Source: a virus | Taxonomy: Duplodnaviria > Caudoviricetes | Reading direction: 5' to 3' (one strand) | DNA length: 58,911 nt | IMG/VR virus record: IMGVR_UViG_3300012943_000005 | Location: 1-58,911 of that record | In this document: positions 27,494 to 35,161 of the stretch, piece after piece | Layout of the letters: each line of letters opens with the position of its first letter | How positions within the stretch are numbered: position 1 is the stretch's first letter | Translations under genes and position numbers: made by a program | Notes under the pieces: generated by a model | Told to the model about the DNA's origin: nothing | The model's input: only the letters and a program-made list of their open reading frames with translations | Database searches by the model: none

Positions 27494-27507
27494 TTAGCCA
27501 TGGATAA
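27494..27507 (+). repeat. Junction palindrome TTAGCCATGGATAA
   Basis: Upstream of 27533. Confidence 0.9.
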
Positions 27508-27532
27508 ACCAACTCAGAAGGAGCAACCACCC

Positions 27533-27877
27533 ATGTCGATCAAGAACCTGCTCATCCTCGCCGCCGTGGTGGGGGTGAGCAACCTCCTCCCGCACCCGCC
27601 GCAGACGGGTGCGCACATCATCTGGGCCGTCGTGCTGGCGATGGTCGTCACCGTCGTCGGCGCGGCCGTCATCGGCATCCGCCGGGCCTGGCGGTTCGTC
27701 GTCCGGGTCAAGGCCCTGCTCGACGCCCAGGTCGCCGAGGCCGAGGCGACACCCGCGGTGACCGCACCGACCTACGTCACCCGGAAGACACCGCATCCGG
27801 TCAGCGAGCCGGCCACCCGGAAGAAGCCCACGAGTAGGCCGGCCACCCGACGGAGCACGAACGGGGTGACCCCGTGA
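27533..27877 (+). CDS. Membrane protein
   Basis: Two hydrophobic segments; AAGGAGCAACC RBS. Confidence 0.7.
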   Translation: MSIKNLLILAAVVGVSNLLPHPPQTGAHIIWAVVLAMVVTVVGAAVIGIRRAWRFVVRVKALLDAQVAEAEATPAVTAPTYVTRKTPHPVSEPATRKKPTSRPATRRSTNGVTP

Positions 27878-28224
27878 CCCGCTGGTTCGTCGGCGGCATC
27901 GGGGTCGGGGTCGGGTTGACCCTGGTCGCCGTCGCACCCACCCCGATGATGGCCCTGCTGGTGATCCCCGTGGCCCTGCTCACCACCCTGGTCAGCCTGG
28001 TCCTGGTGACCTGCCTGTCCTACGCCCGGCGGATCGCCATGATCGAGCTGCGCGCGGTGGCACCGGCCGTCCACCGGACGCTGACCAGCGTGTCCATCCT
28101 GCACCGCGCGTCGCGTGACCCGGAGTTCCGGGCCAAGGTCGAGCGGCACGCCGAGATCATCGCCATCCGGGATGCCGAGCTGGCCGAGGCCGACATTCCC
28201 GTCAACGAAGGAGAGGAGGAGTGA
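27874..28224 (+). CDS. Membrane protein
   Basis: Two TM segments, GTGA overlap. Confidence 0.7.
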   Translation: MTRWFVGGIGVGVGLTLVAVAPTPMMALLVIPVALLTTLVSLVLVTCLSYARRIAMIELRAVAPAVHRTLTSVSILHRASRDPEFRAKVERHAEIIAIRDAELAEADIPVNEGEEE

Positions 28225-28355
28225 GGGTCAGCCTGCCGTTCTGGTTGTGGATCGCCCACCTGGTGGTCCCGTACCTCCTCGGCCTGCTCACCTACCCGAC
28301 CATCCGCCTGGCTCGGACCTTAGCCAGAGATAAACACCAACGAAGGAGCACCTGA
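28221..28355 (+). CDS. 44-aa membrane peptide
   Basis: VRVSLPFWLWIAHLVVPYLLGLL; coupled at both ends. Confidence 0.5.
   Translation: MRVSLPFWLWIAHLVVPYLLGLLTYPTIRLARTLARDKHQRRST
28320..28333 (+). repeat. Junction palindrome variant TTAGCCAGAGATAA
   Basis: One mismatch; upstream of 28355. Confidence 0.75.
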
Positions 28356-28561
28356 TGTACGTCCGTGGGAATCCGAAGACCAAGAAGGAACTCAAGGCCA
28401 TGCTGGCCCGGGATCAGCGGGTCACCGTGTTCTCCCCCGGCCCGTTCCCCTGCCCCGACAACGGCAGGGTCAGCGTCGAGGGTCCGCACTACCCCCAGCC
28501 CCATCGCTGGTACGCCACTGTCGAGGTCGTCGACGGCGTGGTCACGAGGGTGATCGCGTGA
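28355..28561 (+). CDS. Conserved small phage protein
   Basis: KTKKELK...EGPHYPQPHRWYA pattern. Confidence 0.75.
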   Translation: MYVRGNPKTKKELKAMLARDQRVTVFSPGPFPCPDNGRVSVEGPHYPQPHRWYATVEVVDGVVTRVIA

Positions 28562-28622
28562 TCAGCGGCCGAGTCCGCACCTTCCATCCGCAGCGCATCA
28601 GCCTGCGGTCCAACCACCGGGC

Positions 28623-28636
28623 TTAGCCCCGGATAA
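28623..28636 (+). repeat. Junction palindrome TTAGCCCCGGATAA
   Basis: Directly adjoins the AGGAGCAACC RBS of 28651. Confidence 0.9.
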
Positions 28637-28650
28637 AGGAGCAACCAATC

Positions 28651-29385
28651 ATGTCTGTCATCACCACCGAGAACACCCGCTACCTGGTCTCGTGCTGCCA
28701 CGAGGACCACCACGTGCCCCACCACTACCGGGACGACGAGGAGCCCGTGCTCGCCGTCCGTGCGTCCACCAGCGGATGGATCGGCCTCTGGCCCAACCCG
28801 GCGGAAGGCGGGCTGAACGCCGACTACGGCTGGCCCATCCGTGAGCACCTCACCGCCCGCGAGATCGAGCGGTGCGGCATCGCCGACCTGGCCGACACCC
28901 ACCGTGGCTGGTACCTCACCGACGTCACCGACATCCGAGACATCCCGATCAGCCCGGCCGACGTGCCGCAGATCGAGAACCTGCAAGCCGACCGCATCCG
29001 TCAGCTGGAGACCGAGCTGGAACGGGTCAAGGCCGAGCACACCGCCGAGATCACGCGGCTGGCTCGCGAGCACGAGGCGTTCATCGACACCGCGTCGGAG
29101 ATCCTCGGCAGCGAGGCCGACAGCCACGACCTGTGCTCGGTCTACGACGGCATCGCCGAGCGGGCTGGACTGCGCCGGCGGCTGCGTCGCTACGACGTCG
29201 AGATCGAGGTCACCTACCGGCAGACCATCACGGTCATGGGCCATGACCAGGACGAGGCCTACGACACGGTGCGGGAGTTCACCACCCAGGACGGCTGGCG
29301 GTACACCCCGCCGTCGCCGTTCGCCGGAGCCGACGTGGAGGACTTCGGCGGCGTCTACAACCTCGGCGTCGAGATCGTCGACTGA
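28651..29385 (+). CDS. Hypothetical protein with coiled coil
   Basis: 244 aa, strong RBS. Confidence 0.8.
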   Translation: MSVITTENTRYLVSCCHEDHHVPHHYRDDEEPVLAVRASTSGWIGLWPNPAEGGLNADYGWPIREHLTAREIERCGIADLADTHRGWYLTDVTDIRDIPISPADVPQIENLQADRIRQLETELERVKAEHTAEITRLAREHEAFIDTASEILGSEADSHDLCSVYDGIAERAGLRRRLRRYDVEIEVTYRQTITVMGHDQDEAYDTVREFTTQDGWRYTPPSPFAGADVEDFGGVYNLGVEIVD

Positions 29386-29795
29386 TGGCCGAGCACACCA
29401 TCCTGGTCGCCTTCACGGTGGATGCCCAGCCGTTCGAGAGTGAGGACGGACGCCCGCTCGCTGAGCTGGTCCTGCACGATCGACTCGGCCAGGTCCGTGG
29501 CCGGACCCTGACCGACCGCGGGACGTTCGAGGTCACCTCGTGGTGGGTGGCCGAGGACGACCGTCATGACGGGTCGGACAACGACTCGGCCGTGTTCGTC
29601 CCTATGGGCACCCAGCCCACCCATATCGCTCAACCATTGGCGGACGTGCACACCCGGCGGGCGCTGGCGGTGGCCATCCTCGCCCTGCGCACCGTGCAGG
29701 AGCCGGACGCCACCAGCGAAGCCGACTGGCAGCAGCTGCTCGACGAGGCGGACGCTGCCGTGACCACCCTGACCACCCTGCTTAGCCGAGGATAA
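29385..29795 (+). CDS. Hypothetical protein
   Basis: 136 aa; stop TAA supplied by the palindrome. Confidence 0.75.
   Translation: MAEHTILVAFTVDAQPFESEDGRPLAELVLHDRLGQVRGRTLTDRGTFEVTSWWVAEDDRHDGSDNDSAVFVPMGTQPTHIAQPLADVHTRRALAVAILALRTVQEPDATSEADWQQLLDEADAAVTTLTTLLSRG
29782..29795 (+). repeat. Junction palindrome TTAGCCGAGGATAA
   Basis: Stop of 29385 gene; adjoins the RBS of 29808. Confidence 0.9.
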
Positions 29796-29807
29796 AGGAG
29801 AACAACC

Positions 29808-30215
29808 ATGCCCAACCTGGACAACATCAAGATCTGGCACGACGACCTGCTCAGTGGTCGGTTCGACCAGACCACCGGCTACCTGTCCGACACCTGGGGC
29901 TACTGCTGCCTGGGGGTGGCGTGCGAGAGCGCCCGGGAGCACGGCGTACCGCTGGTCGTCGACCAGACCGGGGCGCGCGGTGAGATCCGCACCTACGACT
30001 CCGTCGAAGGGACGCTGCCCCGGGCGGTGGCGGAGTGGCTCGGCCTGGACACCGACCCCAGCCTGGTCATCCACCATGACGACGCCGGGGTCGAGTACCT
30101 CACCTGCACCCAGGCCAACGACGACGAGGGTCTCAGCTTCGCCGAGATTGCCCGGCTGATCCGCCGCACCTGGCCGACGGCATTCACGTCAACGAAGGAG
30201 GAGGCCGATGTGTGA
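29808..30215 (+). CDS. Conserved phage protein of unknown function
   Basis: LLSG.F.Q..G.L...YCCLGVAC...ND...SFAEIA pattern. Confidence 0.8.
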   Translation: MPNLDNIKIWHDDLLSGRFDQTTGYLSDTWGYCCLGVACESAREHGVPLVVDQTGARGEIRTYDSVEGTLPRAVAEWLGLDTDPSLVIHHDDAGVEYLTCTQANDDEGLSFAEIARLIRRTWPTAFTSTKEEADV

Positions 30216-30294
30216 GCACGAGGGCGACCGCTGCCCGGGCCGCAGCTGCCACTGCGAGTGCATGAACTGCATGTTCCGGGGGGCCGGCGGGTGA
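30208..30294 (+). CDS. 28-aa Cys-rich peptide
   Basis: MCEHEGDRCPGRSCHCECMNCMFRGAGG; GGAGG RBS. Confidence 0.5.
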   Translation: MCEHEGDRCPGRSCHCECMNCMFRGAGG

Positions 30295-30422
30295 GGTCGG
30301 TCGAGGAGCTGGTGGCCAAGCGCTGCACCTCGAAGCGGGTGCACGGCCCGCACACCTGGTGGAGCCGGCGGCAGCACTGCTACTTCCGGTGCTACGGGAG
30401 GGACACCCCGTGGCGACAGTGA
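30291..30422 (+). CDS. 43-aa Cys/His peptide
   Basis: GTGA overlap; C...H..H.W...C. Confidence 0.45.
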   Translation: MRSVEELVAKRCTSKRVHGPHTWWSRRQHCYFRCYGRDTPWRQ

Positions 30423-30425
30423 CAC

Positions 30426-30454
30426 TTGCGTAACTTCGGCACATGTGATATACT
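30426..30454 (+). promoter_or_regulatory. Promoter
   Basis: TTGCGT-N17-TATACT with TGn extension. Confidence 0.75.
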
Positions 30455-30488
30455 AAGTGCAACGCAGGACAACTATGACTAACGAGAG

Positions 30489-30502
30489 TTAGCCCTGGAT
30501 AA
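30489..30502 (+). repeat. Junction palindrome TTAGCCCTGGATAA
   Basis: About 35 nt downstream of the -10 element. Confidence 0.9.
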
Positions 30503-30584
30503 ACAGCCCGGCTGGGGGTCGAAGCCCAGCCGTGGCACGGCGGGGAGATGCCGTGTCTCCCCCGGAACGGAAGGACGTGCACCC

Positions 30585-31682
30585 ATGCACACCCTGATCA
30601 AGCCCGGGCAGGTGCTGCCCGACCCGCTGCACCACGACCCGACCATCCCGGTCAAGGCCGGGGTCGGCGTCTATGCCGGACACCCCTCCTACACCAAGCT
30701 CGCACCGCGTGCCTGGGGTGACGAGAACCACTGGATCGACCCGCACCACATGATCGCCACCCCGATGTACCTGACCGGGCGCGAGGAGGTGGAGGTCGCC
30801 TTGGACAGCGCCGAGGTCTTCACCTGGCGGCTGCGGGACACCGCGCTCGCCGCCGCCGAGCGGAACGGGGTCTCGCAGCGGGTGGTGCACGAGATGTGTG
30901 TCGCCTTCGGCGCGACGGAGCCGCTGCTGTACCCCGGCGGGTTGGTGTCCAACATGAGGGACATCGCCACCCTGCCCGCGGGAGCGGTGCTGTACGCGGG
31001 CCACCCCGAGACACCGCGGACCCTCAACGTCTACGAGTGGGACGGCGAGTGCCTGCAGCACCTGCTCGGGCAGTACACCAGGCGACCGGAGGGGATGCCG
31101 CTCACCATCCGCACCCTGCCGGACGCCCAGCGCCCGGTCACCGAGCCGGCCGACGACCTGACCCTGAGCCGGATCGCGCTCCGGGCCTGGCGGGTGGGCA
31201 AGACCTACCAGAAGCGGCAGGGCTGGTGCTCGGTGTTCAACTACTGCCTGACCGCACTCGGCATCGACGACCAGTCGGTCCACGACGCCGGGGAGATCCG
31301 TGGACCCGGCGACGTGGTCGAGTCCCGGGCGAGCATCGCCTCGCTGCCTGAGGGGACCCTGCTGTTCCACCGGTTCCGCAGCAGCGGGGCGCTGATGGTC
31401 TTTATCCGGGATAACTCCGTGCACAACGAGGCCAGGACCCGGCGGCTGTGGGGCCACCACGACAACGGCCGGAACTCCCACGACACCATGACCGTCGCGG
31501 CCACCCCGGAGGAGCCGATCGTCGGCATCGGCGTCAGTGGGGCTGAGTTGACCACCATGCCTGCGGGCACCCAGTACCGCCGCACCGGCTACGACACCAC
31601 CCACACCATCGGCGACGGCTGCTCCATCAACGACTGGAGCAGCTACACCGTCATCCATTTCCCGATCGAGGAGAAAGCATGA
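30585..31682 (+). CDS. Hypothetical protein with internal repeated modules
   Basis: 365 aa; IATLPAGAVL, IASLPEGTLL and LTTMPAGTQY. Confidence 0.8.
   Translation: MHTLIKPGQVLPDPLHHDPTIPVKAGVGVYAGHPSYTKLAPRAWGDENHWIDPHHMIATPMYLTGREEVEVALDSAEVFTWRLRDTALAAAERNGVSQRVVHEMCVAFGATEPLLYPGGLVSNMRDIATLPAGAVLYAGHPETPRTLNVYEWDGECLQHLLGQYTRRPEGMPLTIRTLPDAQRPVTEPADDLTLSRIALRAWRVGKTYQKRQGWCSVFNYCLTALGIDDQSVHDAGEIRGPGDVVESRASIASLPEGTLLFHRFRSSGALMVFIRDNSVHNEARTRRLWGHHDNGRNSHDTMTVAATPEEPIVGIGVSGAELTTMPAGTQYRRTGYDTTHTIGDGCSINDWSSYTVIHFPIEEKA
31402..31414. repeat. Intragenic palindrome with 1-nt spacer, TTATCCGGGATAA
   Basis: AT-rich patch in an otherwise GC3-biased gene. Confidence 0.7.
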
Positions 31683-32215
31683 CCATCACCACCCTGGACG
31701 GACTGGCCGACGGCACCGACCTCGCCGTCCACCCCCCCGGCAACCCGACGAGCCGGCTGCGGTACATCGACGGCCAGGTCATCAACCCGGCGGGCAGGGT
31801 TGTCGACCCGTGGTTCCTGGTGGGCCACCTGCGCGACGGCCACATCAGCATCGGGGACTTCCGGCCACCGGAGCGCGGTGAGTGGTGGACCTACGGCACC
31901 GTCAGCAACCGGGAGTACCTGGTCGTGGACCTGCGCGAGCAGTCGGTGGAGTTCGCGATGTTCCGGAACCAGCGGTTCTACGACTGGCAGACCGCCGCCA
32001 ACAACGGGGCGCTGTTCGACACGTTCAACCGGACCACCCGGCCGGACTGGGCGAGCGACCTGACGGTCGACCTGGTCAACCGGCTGTGGGCCGAGCGGTC
32101 GGCGCGACGGCGGCTGGAGACCCAGACCGCCAACCTCCGGTCCGCCCAGCAGCACCTCCGCTACGCCATCGACTACGCCACCTCGGCGCGCAATCTGCTG
32201 GAGGGCACCCCGTGA
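31679..32215 (+). CDS. Hypothetical protein
   Basis: 178 aa, ATGA overlap. Confidence 0.8.
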   Translation: MTITTLDGLADGTDLAVHPPGNPTSRLRYIDGQVINPAGRVVDPWFLVGHLRDGHISIGDFRPPERGEWWTYGTVSNREYLVVDLREQSVEFAMFRNQRFYDWQTAANNGALFDTFNRTTRPDWASDLTVDLVNRLWAERSARRRLETQTANLRSAQQHLRYAIDYATSARNLLEGTP

Positions 32216-32655
32216 CCGCCGAGGACGACTTCGTCGACGCCATCGAGGACATGCCCGAGTCCTACATCGAGTGCCGTGGCACCCAGCACAGGTGGGTGCT
32301 GATCGAGCCCTTCCGGATCGTCGACACCCGACGTGAGAACGGCGCGCACCCGCACATGGGCGAGCAGGTCTACGCCCGGCGGGTGCTGGAGTGCGACCGC
32401 TGCATCGACGAGGAGACGGGGCGCGGCGCGCTCCGCTTCGACTACTACCGGATCACCAGCCACCGGGGACACACGTTCCTGGAGAAGCTCGGCTCGTCCG
32501 GCTACAAGACACCCAAGGGCTATGCCGTGAAGGGCACGGGCCGAGGGGCAGGGACGCGCGGTCTGGTGCTGGGGATGGCACTCGACCGCGCCATGAACGC
32601 GACGAGGACGCGGGGTCGGGGACGCCCACGCAGAGGGGAGGGACACGACGCTTAG
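32212..32655 (+). CDS. Zn-binding hypothetical protein
   Basis: CR...H.W...CDRC; basic C-terminal GRGRPR. Confidence 0.75.
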   Translation: MTAEDDFVDAIEDMPESYIECRGTQHRWVLIEPFRIVDTRRENGAHPHMGEQVYARRVLECDRCIDEETGRGALRFDYYRITSHRGHTFLEKLGSSGYKTPKGYAVKGTGRGAGTRGLVLGMALDRAMNATRTRGRGRPRRGEGHDA

Positions 32656-32665
32656 CCCTGGATAA
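32652..32665 (+). repeat. Junction palindrome TTAGCCCTGGATAA
   Basis: Contains the TAG stop of the 32212 gene. Confidence 0.9.
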
Positions 32666-32723
32666 ACACATCAATCCCTACTACACTCAATGTCATCACA
32701 CTCAATCAGGAGCAACCATCATC

Positions 32724-33074
32724 ATGAGCATCACCACCCAGAACAGCAGCACCATCGAGGCGACCGTGGAGGGTGCGCTGCGCACCGCGGGGCTGGCCTC
32801 GTACCTGGCCCAGGCCCGGCCTGTGATCGAGGCCCTGGTGGCCCGTGAGCAGGCGCTCAGCGAGCGTCTGGTCGAGGTCGGGGTCGACACCCTGGACCAG
32901 GACGAGGACGAGGTGCGCGGCCTGCTCGCCGAGACCGGGATGCACGTCGCCCACCCGGAGGTCGAGGAGGAGAGTGACGAGTCCTCGACCGCCCGCATCC
33001 TCGACGCCATCTCCACCCTCGGCTCGCGGCTCGACTCGCTGGAACGGATCGCCCGCAGCCACGGCCTGCGGTGA
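32724..33074 (+). CDS. Hypothetical protein
   Basis: 116 aa; AGGAGCAACC RBS. Confidence 0.75.
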   Translation: MSITTQNSSTIEATVEGALRTAGLASYLAQARPVIEALVAREQALSERLVEVGVDTLDQDEDEVRGLLAETGMHVAHPEVEEESDESSTARILDAISTLGSRLDSLERIARSHGLR

Positions 33075-33080
33075 CCCCCC

Positions 33081-33109
33081 GCCAGCCCGGGCAGCCGGCC
33101 CGGGCTGGC
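33081..33109 (+). terminator. 12-bp hairpin
   Basis: gccagcccgggc pairs with gcccgggctggc. Confidence 0.55.
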
Positions 33110-33131
33110 ACCCCCCGACGAAAGGAGCACC

Positions 33132-33434
33132 ATGACCGAACAGATGGAGTGGCAGGCACCGCCACCACGCCATCGCTACGACTGGCCGATGATCCAGGCC
33201 ATGCTGCGGCAGCGACCCGGCGAGTGGCTGAAGGTCTTCGACGAGGGACCGACGTCCATCGCCGTCGCCATCCGGCAGCAGTCGATCACCACCCTCGGTC
33301 CGATGCACGCCCCCGGTGTGTCCGGGGTCGAGGTCCGGACCAGGAACAACACCAAGGACGCCCCACGGATGTGCACGCTGTTCGTCCGCTGGGTCGAGGA
33401 AGGAGGAACCAGTGCTGCCACGGACGACGATTGA
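33132..33434 (+). CDS. Conserved actinophage protein
   Basis: W..PPP...YDW...LR.RPGEW...EVRTR...LFVRW pattern. Confidence 0.75.
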   Translation: MTEQMEWQAPPPRHRYDWPMIQAMLRQRPGEWLKVFDEGPTSIAVAIRQQSITTLGPMHAPGVSGVEVRTRNNTKDAPRMCTLFVRWVEEGGTSAATDDD

Positions 33435-33852
33435 GTGCAGGCTGGTGGCTGATCCGGAACTCAGGTTCAGCCAGTCCGGCACAGCGGTGGCCAGGCTCCG
33501 GGTCGTGGCCAGTGACCGGAAGAAGAACGAGCAGACCGGGGAGTGGGAGGATTCCGACACCCTCTGGCTCGACGTCACCTGCTTCAACAAGCTGGCCGAG
33601 AACCTGTGCGAGTCGGTCCAGAAAGGCGACCTGCTGCTGGTGCGAGGCAAGCTTCGCACCGAGGAGTGGGACGACCGGGAGACCGGGCAGAAGCGGAGCA
33701 AGATCGCCATGATCGCCGACTCCGTGGGTGCCAGCCTCGCCTTCCGGGTGCTGCCCCATGCCGGGGAGACCCACGCTCGGCGAGTGGAGCAGCGGGTAAG
33801 CAATCCCGTCAACCAGGCGTACGGCGGCGGAGAAACGGAGCCACCTTTTTAA
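33412..33852 (+). CDS. ssb: Single-stranded DNA-binding protein
   Basis: RLVADPELRFSQSGTAVA...LAEN..ES..KGD...C-terminal EPPF. Confidence 0.95.
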   Translation: MLPRTTIECRLVADPELRFSQSGTAVARLRVVASDRKKNEQTGEWEDSDTLWLDVTCFNKLAENLCESVQKGDLLLVRGKLRTEEWDDRETGQKRSKIAMIADSVGASLAFRVLPHAGETHARRVEQRVSNPVNQAYGGGETEPPF

Positions 33853-33860
33853 TGGGGCGG

Positions 33861-33888
33861 TTGCGTTGCTCTAGCCAAAGAGTAGAAT
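33861..33888 (+). promoter_or_regulatory. Promoter
   Basis: TTGCGT-N16-TAGAAT. Confidence 0.7.
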
Positions 33889-33893
33889 AAGAC

Positions 33894-33936
33894 AAGGGCG
33901 AGTCCCCGGTTTCGATCGGGGACTCGCCCTTTTTTT
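33894..33936 (+). terminator. Intrinsic terminator
   Basis: aagggcgagtccccg pairs with cggggactcgccctt, followed by a T7 tract. Confidence 0.85.
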
Positions 33937-33955
33937 GTCCAACCACCTGCCGTAT

Positions 33956-33969
33956 TTATCTACGGCTAA
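33956..33969. repeat. Junction palindrome variant TTATCTACGGCTAA
   Basis: One mismatch, reversed orientation, upstream of 33988. Confidence 0.7.
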
Positions 33970-33987
33970 GACTCCCCAAGGAGGAGC

Positions 33988-34257
33988 ATGTCCAACAACG
34001 GAGCGTCCGCCGTGGACGCCGACAGCAAGACCCGCGACCAGCTGATGAGCCAGGCCTACGGCGTGGCCCAGCGTCGGCTGCGCGAGGCGCACAAGCCCGA
34101 GTTCGACGGCTACTACAGCGAGGAGTGCGCGGCCCGGGGCATCGAGTGGACGCCGAAGAAGACCAAGGAGGAGGCCGCGCTGGACTCCATCCTCGACCTG
34201 CTCGGCGAGTACCCCGGACTCAGTGAGGCGCTGGCCGAGCGGCTGGTGCAGCGATAG
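33988..34257 (+). CDS. Hypothetical protein
   Basis: 89 aa, AAGGAGG RBS. Confidence 0.8.
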   Translation: MSNNGASAVDADSKTRDQLMSQAYGVAQRRLREAHKPEFDGYYSEECAARGIEWTPKKTKEEAALDSILDLLGEYPGLSEALAERLVQR

Positions 34258-34270
34258 GTTCAGAGGAACG

Positions 34271-34303
34271 GCGAAGGGCCGGTCGCTATGACCGGCCCTT
34301 CGC
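34271..34303 (+). terminator. 14-bp perfect hairpin
   Basis: gcgaagggccggtc pairs with gaccggcccttcgc. Confidence 0.65.
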
Positions 34304-34486
34304 ATCGCAGGAGCAACCAACTACCGCGACAGACTCAGTTCGAGAGAGAGGAGAGGAGCACCCGGTTCGAGGGGAACGAAGGCAAAGACCCCGATCCGAG
34401 CAACTGCCCGCTGGCGTTTTCGCCGTGTACTGCCCAGCGGTTCCGTTCACAGTCCCACTCACAACTGCAATCTGAGAGGAAGTCTA

Positions 34487-35161
34487 GTGTCTCCGAGTGA
34501 CGTCCCCACTGGCTACGCCAACATCCCACGCCCCGTCCTCCACGACCATGACCTGACCACCCACGCGAAGATCGTCTACGTCGTGCTGTCGTCCTACGTG
34601 GGCGCTCACGACACCGCCTGGCCGTCGCACCGCACCATCGCCGAGGTGGCAGGCATCAGTGAGAGCAGCGTCAAGCGTGCGCTGGCCGCCTTGAAAGAGG
34701 CTGGACTCATCACCTGGGTGCAGAGGGTGTCGCCCGAGGGGGACCTGACCTCGAACGCCTACCGGATCATGGACATCCACGCTCGCTATGTGGGGGGTGG
34801 GGTCAGTGAGACCCCACCCCCCGGTCAGAGTGACCCCACCCCTAGGTCAGAGGGACACCACCCTGGGGTCAGTGTGACCGAGGAACGTACCTCAATGGAA
34901 CGTACCTCAGTGAAGGTGGGACCGCCGCTCAGCCTCGACCCGCACTGGCAACCGACCGAGGCCCACGAGAAAGCAGCCGAGGACTCAGGCCTCGACCTCG
35001 ACCTGGAGGTCCAGAGGTTCAGGCTCTACGCCGAGAGGAAGCAGCAGGTGGAGCGCAACTGGGATGCCACCTTCTCCATGTGGCTGCTCGACAGTGCGAC
35101 CCGATTCAAACGCGAGACCGACGACGACAGCGGCTACTACACACCGGGATGGGGAGACTGA
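34487..35161 (+). CDS. Replication initiator (winged-HTH, lambda O-like organisation)
   Basis: AKIVYVVL...AWPSHRTIAEVAGISESSVKRAL..L...GLI...SNAY; internal iterons. Confidence 0.85.
   Translation: MSPSDVPTGYANIPRPVLHDHDLTTHAKIVYVVLSSYVGAHDTAWPSHRTIAEVAGISESSVKRALAALKEAGLITWVQRVSPEGDLTSNAYRIMDIHARYVGGGVSETPPPGQSDPTPRSEGHHPGVSVTEERTSMERTSVKVGPPLSLDPHWQPTEAHEKAAEDSGLDLDLEVQRFRLYAERKQQVERNWDATFSMWLLDSATRFKRETDDDSGYYTPGWGD
34801..34909. repeat. Putative replication origin: four iterons at 22-bp period plus two 13-mers
   Basis: GGTCAG-N3-GAC at 34801, 34823, 34845 and 34867; GGAACGTACCTCA at 34882 and 34897. Confidence 0.8.

Noticed and set aside
26560-33074. CRISPR array built from the recurring palindrome
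   Set aside because: Repeats are only 12-14 bp, irregularly spaced and separated by whole genes
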